From: Lepidodermella squamata
Lineage: Eukaryota > Animalia > Gastrotricha
Assembly: GCA_047495785.1 (NCBI GenBank)
Contig: JBLDXI010000024.1
Span: 3,906,001-3,970,000, forward strand
Direction of reading: 5' to 3'
Length of the DNA: 64,000 nt
The first letter of the stretch is position 1. The number at the start of each line of letters is the position of its first letter. The translations under genes and the position numbers were made by a program. The notes under the pieces were generated by a model. That model was not told where the DNA came from, made no database searches, and worked only from the letters and a program-made list of their open reading frames with translations. Shown piece by piece: positions 12,903-23,400 of the stretch.

Positions 12903-14905
12903 ATGCTAGTCTCGACAACCCACCTTTCAGACGATCAGTTCTCCTATTTGTTAAAGGTAAAAATAAAGCCGGTGCCTTCAAAGTATCTATGGTGATCCTC
13001 TGTTTCAACAAGAGCTTCGAAGTAATGCGCGGTCGCATTCTCACTAGCGAAATTGCTAAACGAATAGCGAGGAAGGTTGGGTTATCGGTTGTTAAAGTTA
13101 AAAATTGGTTTTACAACAGAAGAAGAAGAGGTAAAAAGCGCATCGGTGCGCCTCGACGAGAAATAATTAGACAGTGGCAATGGCGTAAAATCATCAAGGT
13201 AGTTTAATCCTCATTCAATTCCCTATCACTTTGTCTCTAATCTGTATATAGGAGGTCGACAAGCACTTCGTTCTTCCTCAGCATGCGATAACTAAGCTGA
13301 TGGCCGAAACTGGAATGTATGAGATTCAAGTCAGATCGGCTTACATGAAATACCGCAGGTTAATGATGGCGAAGAACGGATATCAAGCACCTTGGAATAA
13401 GGTAGTTTAGCCACTAGAATATACAAGGTTCACTAACTAGTTTTCTAGTTTAGTTCCACAGGCCTAAAGCCATCAATTCCAAGAAAATTCGGCGATTTGA
13501 AGACGTTCTTGGTGAAGAGAACAACGAGTTGTTGATGTTACAAGTGAAACACGATCCTAAGTTGTTCAAGGCGAGACGGCAGCTGTTGGCATGGAAATTT
13601 GGCCTTACCGAGCGCCAAGTTGAAAGATTCTTCAACAAGTATCGCAGCAAGCAAAAGACATATCATGTTCGCATCACGAAGTTGACAAAGCAGCAGAAGG
13701 AAATATTCGAGAAGGTAACGCTGAGAACGTTTTCTATTGGGTTTAGTATTGTATTTGCTTGCTACAGGAATTCGAAAAGAACCCTAGCGCCTCACAGCAG
13801 AGATCTAACGAAATTGCTGAGGCTGTGGGCATAACATTCAATCAAGCCAGATGTCGTATCGCCTACAAACGAGAACGGCTAGGAATCCGCAGCAGAGCGA
13901 AATCTGAAGTCGTTAGATTCACGAATTCTCAAGTAGCAGATCTGCAGGAGGCATTCCAATCAACTGTTGTGAGGGGCGACAAGTTTGACGTTGCCCTGTA
14001 TCGAGGTTTGGCCAAGAAAACTGGATTGAGATGGACCATTGTCAGGCAGTGGTTCTATGCCCAGCGCAAATCAGCTGGCCTTTACGTGAAGGCAGTAAAA
14101 AAACGAGAGACACTCGCTCCGAGTAGTATCTGCGCTCTAAATGCTGTGAGTTCAACCCTTGATTAAAATTTGCGATGTTCCAAGTTCCAAATATTATTTT
14201 GTGCAACAGGAGTTCGCTGAATCGAACCGCATGCCAGACGGCCGAATGCAAGCAATTGCTGACAAGCTGGGATTAACTTTCAGCCAGGTTCACAATTTTT
14301 TCGCTAAAATGCGGAAAGGATTGGGGATCGCGAGAAGAAAGCAAATTGGTCTTTACGGGCTCAAGCATGATCAGCGGCAAGCTCTCATGAGGGTGTGCTT
14401 GGGCAATTTCCAATCTAATTTCCGAATTTATATTAATGTAAATTATCCGTTATTTTTCAGGCGTTCGAAGAAAAGCCAGATAGAGTTGAAGTTGATATGA
14501 CCTGTCTAGCTGCGAATCTAGAAATTCCGTTTCCTTTAGTGAAACGCTTCTTCGAGTATCATCGCCGTAAACTAAGACGTCCTTCCTCAAATCGACTATG
14601 TCATTTCTTAAACTGGGAACAGCGAATGCTATTGGAAAAGGTAATCAAGATACATATTTAGAAGTCTTTTCTTCATTTCACGTTCTAAAATTCGCTCAGG
14701 AGTTTCAAATTTCGAAATTTGTGTCCCACGAAAATGCTAAAAACCTGGCAACAACTCTTGGCTGTTCCATTCAAAAGGTATGGCTGCCTAAAACATTCTC
14801 CAGATATGTTTAAAAGTGCTCTTTATCTTTCCTTAGGTGAAGCAATGGTTCAACACACAGCGGTTTGTCGAAAGGAAGAAAGAAGTAAAACAAGAAATTG
14901 GATAA
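12903..14905 (+). CDS. Divergent multi-homeodomain protein (about 8 tandem homeodomains)
   Basis: Nine exons joined by GT-AG introns starting at about 12957, 13199, 13402, 13715, 14146, 14393, 14641 and 14778. Helix-3-like motifs VKNWFYNRRRR, VRSAYMKYRR, VERFFNKYRSK, ARCRIAYKRER, VRQWFYAQRK, VHNFFAKMRK, VKRFFEYHRRK and VKQWFNTQR, each preceded by an LxxxF helix 1 and an IA/LAxxxGL turn. Confidence 0.8.
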
Positions 14906-15338
14906 TCATAAGGAAACTATTTTTGATGGACTTCCTCTACGTTTAGGTTGCATCTCTCTTTTGTCCTTCAATTTCTGAAAAATATGAAAATAAATGAGCT
15001 GATAAAATACCTCGTAGTGTGTTGAAAAAACTACATAATGTTTTGTGGCTCTCTGGCCCATGTGGTTGATATGTGATGGCATTTTCGAGTTTAGTCACTG
15101 GTATCTGTGATCCATGGGCGATCAATGGAATAAAACATTAAGCTGGATAAATTTCGTTGGCCTTGCGCATTATCGGTCCTTCTATATCCATATTGATTAA
15201 CCAACGCAATGGAAGAAGACAAAAACATCAGCCGATCTTTATTTCTCAAATAGTAGTCACATCACAGCACAAAATACAAGAAATGATCGTCATAATTGAA
15301 CAGGCGTCATCTCACCGGGACAGGTGACACTGCTGAAT

Positions 15339-18300
15339 TCAAGGCTGCATACGCAGACCACCGTCGAGACGAATCACCTCGCCGTTGAGCATCGGATTTT
15401 CGATAATGCTTTGAGCCAGCTGCGCGTACTCCTCAGGCCGGCCCAGTCGGTTCGGGAAAGGAATGCAGTCCGCCAAGAACTTGCGAACCTTCTCCGGCAG
15501 GCCTTCCAACATTGGGGTTGAGAATAAACCAGGCGCGATAGTGCAAACGCGGATTCCTTGACTAGCGAGGTCGCGGCACAGGGGCAGGGTCATAGCAGCC
15601 ACGCCGCCCTTGGATGCGGAATACGCGACCTGGCCGATTTGACCTAAAAAAATTCATTCACAAGATTATCCTCAAATCGCCTTACGAATCACAAATGATC
15701 CCACTAACAAAATGAGATTTCAGATTAACTGGTATATTTTTTCAGCAAAATCGCTGGCAATGAGGCCGGGGAAATGTGTGCCATCGTTGAGTATGTCGAC
15801 AAGTCTGGAAACATCAGAACTCCGACATCTCATGTTTCTCCAACTTCTATTTGAAAAATCGCCAATTCCCGTAAGCGAGTGAACAACTCTCTACGGTCAC
15901 TGCGTTTTCAACATGTAAGAATGGCAGCAGAATGGGGATTCTTTCGATGCCCACAATTAGATTCAAATATTCAAAACAATGTATTCTTTGGTCTCAACCC
16001 TTCGTCTTTCACTAGTCTGCGACATCCTTCCGATTGGCAACAACCTTTGCTGCTACAAAAGAAGTCTTAGTGGGAGTCTAACCGGATGACGTAATCGCAA
16101 TATCCTTCCAAACGCACCAAAATGCGCAAACGGGCTCTAAGCCATAGACAATGTCTTCAGGTCGATAGCACTTGAAAGGTCGACAATCGCTCAATGCCAC
16201 TCATTGCTTTCTTGGTCGTCGATCCTCATGAGATGGGTCAGCCTTATTTCATTCCATTGTTGCTGACGAGACAACCGAAATCCTAAAGCTTGCTTACGAG
16301 CAGTTTTCAACTGATGTCTTGGCATTCTCGATGTAATCGAAACTGTGATCATTGAGAAGTGACTGGCTGAAGAGCAAGCCCTCGAACACATTTGAGGGCA
16401 CCACAACACAAGATTCGAATCTTGCTTGGTCGATTTAATTTCATGCACAATGCTTGGATCAATACGAGCTTCATGTTTCACCTAAAACATCGTTTACTGC
16501 CATCCCAAATAGCACGGTGCGCCAGCGATCGCAGCCTAAACCTTCGCAGCTGTACCAAGATGTGTCTCACAGTGTTGCTATTAGCTTCGAAAATTCTGTC
16601 TCAACATGTGGTCGCGCTTTCAAGGCAAGCGAATCGAACGTGACCTTCTGAACAACCGACCAGTGCCTGATCGCTGCCATCAGTGAAAACGACTTGTGTT
16701 TAATCGAAGCCCGTGACGCTCAGCTGCGATACGACAAGCAGGCTTTGATTTGGATAGCTGATCTGGGCAACTCGGCCTTCCTCATCAAGTACGAAAACAA
16801 AACGACGACTGCAATAAAAAGCGTCATTGCTATCTCTGATTATTGCCATCGAACTGCGAACACGTTCCCTTTGACTTTTCTGTTTTACATTCATCTCTTA
16901 CTTGCTTCTTACTTCATGTCCCCAACAACAAGGAAAAATCGTCCGCCTGCGAGATAAGAATCATCGAAGCAACCGAGGCAGTGGATGAGCTCGCAGCTTC
17001 ATCGGCGTCGATGCGACTAGGACCTTCAAAGCAGCGATTCGGGTGCGGGGCGATTGACCGACGCGATTCGTCTGCCTGGTGGCATGCGCGAAAACATATG
17101 CCAAGCAAACAGGGCACTCCTATGCGATGTGCCGGACGAGAACATGCGAAAACCGAGTGCACGCAATCGCTAACTGCCCAGACTACCCGCTGGCAGGATG
17201 ATGTCTACTATGTGTTACTTTTCGCATGTATTCAAGCGATATTTTGCGAGTCTTGTAGAGTGTATTTTTGGCTCTCTATTCTCCCAGAATGAATCAAAAC
17301 AAGAAATTACCTTCAAAAGCAGCAACCGAGGCTGTGTTGATGATTACGCCTCGCTCGCCATCCGGATTCGGCTTGTTCTCGCCGATGAGACCAACTGCCA
17401 AGCGAATTACGTTAAACGTACCGCCGAGATTCACCTAAATGCAAAACATAACCTGGTCATATATCTATAGCTATAATAGACAATTTGGAAGAAAGAAGAA
17501 CAGCTAAATGTCAATATTCTAATACGTAATCTTTAGCCATCTGCAGCCTAAACTCCAGAAGCTGGTGCCACTAGTACACAACTGAACCTAGCTGCAGTAC
17601 TCGTCTACAGTCAAAACACAAGATCGCTGCATCTCAAGTCAATATTATTAGCCAACTATCTCATAAATCCTCCGAGAAAATTCAAGTTTCGAACAATTTA
17701 TTAACATTCTGCAATTGCATTGCGAGCTCATTACGGTTTTCGATATATTCCGATAAATTCCGATGGCTTTTGAACTGAGGGAAGATTGAACTGCTTTTCC
17801 ATTTTCGATTGGCCCGGTTTAAGTCGAGAAAGTACAGCAATCTAAAATGGAAGATTCACAGGCAGCTGTACGTTGCCACGTGTCAAACTACAACTGTCGA
17901 AAAGCCGGGCGATATTGCTGAGTTCGATCTAAACATCGTTTAACTATCAGTCGGAGCTACACACGAAATTAAGAAGTGACTACGAGTCAGAAAATATAAG
18001 GAAAAGCGTAAACCCAGTAAATTTATTCAAAACCCATTTGAAAGCAATTGCAAAATTATTGCAACTGGACAATTTCGAACAGACAGTGTACTTCACCCTG
18101 TGGAAAATCATTTCCATAAATTAGGAAAGACCCAAAAGCGGCAAGTTATGCTTAGTTTGGACGAACTTTCAATATCTTGAAAGCACAGCTTAGACAGGCG
18201 CACCATTTTTTCATCATAAACATAGTAAAACGTGCTACAAAGCGATAGGGTTGATTCAAGCTTATCTAAGGCTATCTAAGGAAATTTCGACTTCATCGGC

Positions 18301-20239
18301 TCATCGTCGGTTTTAATTCAACAAAAAATCTGAAGTATTAAATTCGAATTTGGTTTCATCTGCATTACTGATTATCTAAGCCATGACAATCACATAAGGT
18401 TCGAGGACATCCCAGTCGAAGACATAATCAACTCCTTACACGGGGCCAGTTACTCCCAGATAACCAAGGACCTTGTCGGTAAGAGCCTGAGAACCAGAAG
18501 CGTGGCAGCCAGGGCAGTCCTCTTGGCAGCCGTAGGGGGTTCCAAGCCAGTCGAGCAGAAGATGACCAGGGAGGAAATCAGACTCCTTGAGGACCTCAAC
18601 ATGACCATCGGAAACAAAGCCAACACCACAGCCTTGGCGCTCCTGGGGCACTCCATGATCAAGTTGAAGTCAAACGCACCTGCATCGACTGCCTGGTTCG
18701 AGAAGTACAAGGCTGAGTTTATCTGGGACTTGAGGGGACCGGTTGAGCCAAACGACAACGACAAGAGGATCAAGATGGAATTTGCTCTCAAGTTCACTTG
18801 GAATGAGGCTGAGGTTGCTGCTATGGTTGAGGCCCTGAGTGCTGCACCCACTAAGGCCTAGGTATCAGCAAAGTTAGGGAGACCCGCTCAGATCAGAGCT
18901 CGAACTCCTCTAATGGTCTGCTTGTCGCAAGGGCTAGGACTGAGGTTGAGGCCCTGAGAACAGGTGCTGCACCCACTAAGGCCTAGGTATCAGCAAAGTT
19001 AGGGAGACCCGCTCAGATCAGAGCTCGAACTCCTCTAATGGTCTGCTTGTCGCAAGGGCTAGGACTGAGTCACGGGAGCTGAAAAAGTTGAGCATCACGA
19101 TGTCAGACTCAGTGACAAAGTCAAGTTGATTAACTAACCCTGTACCTTCAGCATAGCCTTTTCCTATATCTTTCTCATATCCTTAGCCTCTAACAGTGCC
19201 ATAGCCTTATCCAGTATCTGAGTCGTTATCAATACATCATTATTTTGCAGCTATATCTGGTTTTATTATCCTGATTTGTTCTTAGTTATTTTAGAAATGT
19301 AGGACAAAATTCGTACGCTTAAGGCAACCTGTTCTGCTTTACACGAGTTTGTTCCGAACCGATACAACCGAACCGATACAACCGAACCGATACAAAACCG
19401 ATAGCGAAGTAATTTTTATTATGTTTTCATCAGATTTCATGATCCACGCTGGTGTTGCCACGTTTTTCTGGGGCTAAGCCGTCTGCTACTCTGTATTCAC
19501 GATCCATCGAGTACCGAGCTCCGTAACTTTTGAAGGCCTGACTGCGTACGAGATATGGTACGGCCGTGCACCCGACGTTTCGTTCTCGCACCCCTGAATC
19601 GTTTACGCGCACATCAAGACTCTCTGCTCTACTAATGGCAAACATTGAACGACATTACTAGCCACCTGACTCATCGAGATTAAGAAATAAGACTTAAAGC
19701 CAAATAAAAACTTGTCAGGAGCACGTGCCTAGAGTTGGTATTAGGAACGGAATTTTCCTAGTTCAAACACAATTGACTCATATTTACCATCATTCAATTG
19801 TAAGTATCTCCAAGTTTGAAAGCTACGTATCTCCCCAATTCAGCAACATTACTAGTAGCATGAAACTCACCGTGATAACGCGCATAAAATCTTCGTGCGT
19901 ATGCGGCCGCTTCTTGTTGAAGTTATACGTCTTGAACGCAACCGCAACGCCAGCGCAATTGACAACAGCATCCAAGCGGCCATACTTCTCCTTGATCTGC
20001 TCAAGGACACGCTTCACGTCATTTTCCGATGTCACATCAGCGGGCGTGAAGATGCACGCGTCGGGGCGTTGCGAGCAAAGCGATTTCGCCACTTCACCGC
20101 CCTGGCTTTTCGGCAAATCAACTAACGCAACGCGAGCCCCCATAAGGGTGAACCGCTCGACTGTCGCCTTGCCCAAGCCGCTAGACGCACCTGTTACCAG
20201 AGCGACCAAACCCTGCATACGATTCACATGAGCCGCCAT
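15339..20239 (-). CDS. HSD17B10: 3-hydroxyacyl-CoA dehydrogenase type 2 / mitochondrial RNase P subunit MRPP2
   Basis: Exons 20239-19871, 17434-17311, 15643-15339 with consistent phases. [43 protein letters not shown]|[13 protein letters not shown] and [16 protein letters not shown]. Confidence 0.97.
16230..17290 (+). mobile_element. Degenerate hAT transposase (ZMYM1/THAP12-like) in HSD17B10 intron 2
   Basis: Ordered remnants [11 protein letters not shown] (cf. FSIIADETTD), [15 protein letters not shown] (cf. HCxAHxLNL), [19 protein letters not shown] and [11 protein letters not shown], with many stops and frameshifts. Confidence 0.68.
17590..18180 (+). mobile_element. Degenerate LINE (CR1/L2-like) apurinic endonuclease fragment in HSD17B10 intron 1
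   Basis: [14 protein letters not shown] (cf. YxNxRSLxxK) near the start, then [15 protein letters not shown] (cf. NLxQxVxxPT) and an LD motif further on. Confidence 0.5.
18334..18861 (+). other. Putative endogenous viral element: 5'-truncated nucleoprotein-like ORF of a negative-sense RNA virus (qinvirus-like)
   Basis: Stop-free, intronless 175-codon frame whose first ATG is about halfway in, GC-richer than its flanks: ...[20 protein letters not shown]...[12 protein letters not shown]...[18 protein letters not shown]...[13 protein letters not shown]...DKRIKMEF. The NxTALxLLGH...IW pattern recalls qinvirus segment-2 proteins (from memory, unverified). Confidence 0.5.
18826..19069 (+). repeat. 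Tandem direct duplication (119 + 125 bp) over the end of the viral-like ORF
   Basis: Copies 18826-18944 and 18945-19069 are identical except for a 6-nt insertion (aacagg) in copy 2. Confidence 0.95.
19354..19402. repeat. 14-bp minisatellite (ccgaaccgatacaa) x3 plus a partial copy
   Basis: Seen directly in the sequence. Confidence 0.9.
19439..19620 (+). mobile_element. Ty1/copia integrase C-terminal fragment in HSD17B10 intron 1
   Basis: [48 protein letters not shown] matches the copia pattern MLxxAxLPxxFWxEAVxTAxYxxNRxP...TPYExWxGxKPxVS. Confidence 0.8.
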
Positions 20240-20490
20240 TGTAACAAAACCCAAATAAAAATCCGCCTTAAAACCAATAAAAATTGTTTACAAAAAATTA
20301 AACTCTTTTAATTAATAATGTACAAAAAACCGCAACAAATCATTGGAATGGAATTGTTTTTGATTACGTATCATACATATATAGCACAGAGTTGGATCAC
20401 CAGAAAAATTAGCACTTAATATCTCGCTCTACATAGAAGACTATGATGAAACACTATAATCGTATAACATTTGAGCAATTTTAGGTTTTT

Positions 20491-23400
20491 TCAGCTGAAA
20501 AAGTAGATTGAATCGAGCACGCTTTCCAATTTGTACGTGCCGCGAGGCGGCACGCGGGTTAGCACGTCGTTGAGCAATTGTTTCGCCCGCATGATTTCAG
20601 CAGCCCGGGCGGTTTCCTTCGATTTCGGGTCGTTGTCACCATCAGCAGCTTCTGCTGCCGCTGTAGCTTCGGCTTCTTCCATCTCGCTCAAACCCATCGG
20701 CGGCACTTCAGGGTAGCCGAAAGTTGTCAGTAGATGTTCGGACAGGTTTTCGAGAATCGGTTCGCTAAAATGCAAAATGCAATTAATTCACAATCTTAAG
20801 GTAGAAAATTAAATGAGGTAGTTCAAACTGTCCAATAATTTCCAACAGGAAAATATGATACTGCTGTTTGAACTGTCTGAACTCATTAAAAGAGCAATAA
20901 ACAGAGTCTCATAAACCTGACGGCATTATAAGATTCAACCTTCTATCGATACAACTTTTTCTTCGGTTAAAGCAGAGAAGCGGAAAGTAAGGCAATCTTC
21001 TCTCTGCCAATCAGCTTTTCAGCGAGCTAGAAGAAGATCGAAACGTTTCGAGTACAGATATCTGCATCTATTATCCAAGACTGCGATTAGCCAAGGTTTG
21101 TAAACTTTCCGATTCGTCGTCCCTCAGTCATCCTATCAAATCTCGTACCGGGTGAACGCAGACAAGGTCAAGTCAATTATCCCTTATTTCGGCTGACACT
21201 CATGCAAACAGTTTAAAAGAGGGAAACCCATCCGTCTTGGCATCAAGGCGCTTTTTGAGAATTCATCGCAAGCTCATAGACTCAATCTATCCGGGAGCCT
21301 GGGCTGACAGTAATTCTTGCACCATACCCCCCAGCCGCAAGGCTGAGCTTGTACCAAATTCAAAAACCATAAGCCCAAGGCCCAAGGCTACCCCAAAACG
21401 TATCATTATTTGCCGCAGGAGATAAGGCTTTGTGCCCAGTCGCGACGCAACAGTAATCCTTCCTGCCCATTGCCCGCGCTTAAAACTGTCATCAAAAGGC
21501 AGAATGAAGTGGTGGACAGCTTTCTCTCTATCGACTATTCAATTTTCTTATAAGCCATCGCATTCGACTGCCACGCTTTCTCTTTTTTGAAGCCCCTTAT
21601 GAGCCAACGCAGACTTGCATTGTAATATTTCCCTTTTCGATATAGATTTCACGACATCAGTTAACATGACTGAATCGACTGAGTCGAAGGTCATTGGCAT
21701 CGTTCGCGAGAGGGAGAGGGAGAAGATTCCGACCTGGCTCAAAGTTGCTGCGGCTAAGTTGGCGGTGCTGGTGCTGACCTTTGGCGGCGCCACCAATTAT
21801 TATCGCCATGGCCTGAGTTATTCTACACAAACTGAAGCAAGCCGATGTTGGAGAACGACTTGTTTATCTCGCACCATACATAAAGCATGCTATAAAGAGA
21901 CCATAATATGACGATATCTCGATGCAAACAAAAGAAGTAATGCCTAGCCCTAAACAGACGGCGAAGGCGTCATTATGGAAGACGACGAAGGCGTGTAAAC
22001 GGGTAAATCCTGCTATTATCTCTGCTGAGGAAGCCCAAATGTCGGTTGCCACCGTCCCAGCACCGTCTCAGACGCTCAATATCTTCGTTACAACTACTTC
22101 ATCAACAGTATCACCAAGTTCCTCGCGAAACTATCAAAAAGCCAAACTCCCCTGAAGCCACCCCTCATTCGGCTATCTCATTACGGATTGTGATATTGGA
22201 TATTGTAAAGCAAGCGCTCCGCCGCTTCACGTGAAAAATTATGCTTCTTATGCTGAATAATCTAGGCATCTGAAAACCTTAGTTTCGGTAAGAATCGAAA
22301 CGTGAAGCTGATATTGTTTTGAGACAAAATCTACCAATACATCTCTGACCTGAAGTTTGCGAGATTTTTGTCACTCAGCAGCGTAAAAAGATTCATCTCA
22401 TCAAATGAAGGCTGCAAAATGCAGAGCAGACGTTTTCAAGTACTCATTCTTCAATCGCAATAGAGAAGCTTGGAATAGTCTTACTAGTATGTAGTAATAG
22501 GACTTGGTATGTACCAATCATTCTAGTTTCAGGCTATTTAGGAATAACAATCCCGATTCCCTTGAAAAACAGCTCCCAAGTTTTGTGAGGCGCCGTTCTC
22601 GAACAATGTAACAGTTATGCGGGTTATTAATTAATACAGATGCACATTTTGAGATAAAAAAATTCAATTCTCGAATCGAAATTATGACATACCTGTGTAA
22701 AATGACGAACTGCTCGCGGCAAATGCGATTCATAACATCGACATCGGGCGGATGCGTCCAGTAAGAATCGTGAACCGAGGCGAACGTAATGCCAGCCCGG
22801 TAGCAATTCAACGCCGTCAGCATCATGTGCGTAGAGTCCAGCGAATGGATAAAATTCGGCGGAAACGCATTCCGCTGCTTCATGCTATTCGGCAAATGGT
22901 ACAAATCATTGACCGTTCGGTACGTGATGCCATTCCGAAATTCAACATGAGCCGTGTGGTACGGCTGGACGACGGGCAGCCCCAACGGGGTGATCCATTG
23001 AACGGGTTTTCGACACACCTGCGACACAAGGTGAGCCGCGACTGTGAACCAGTCTTGAATTTCTCGGGTCGACTTGAACATCTGCCGCAGAACCTCGAAA
23101 GTCTTATCACGGAGGTAAGTTGCAGCCCGCCAAGATTGGTCAGGCGTAAGGGCAGGGTTCTCACGCAGCTGCCTTAAAATTTGCATTTTCGCACCGTAAC
23201 GCGTTACGCCATATACCGTAGTCATAACGGTTTGTTTAATGACTTTTCGTTTGACTAGACCGTCGAGAAATATCGCGACTTCATTGCCATTAGCCGCATC
23301 CCTCGCCCGTTCCTGCTCGACCTTATCAACCACATCACTGTAGACGTCACGAGGTTTAACCGAAACGCATAGATTCACGCTCTCAGCGCCAGCCTGGTCC

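Noticed and set aside
17311-17434. Plus-strand reading taken at first as the hAT dimerisation domain or a viral polymerase piece
   Set aside because: The minus strand is HSD17B10 exon 2 with correct splice sites and phase.
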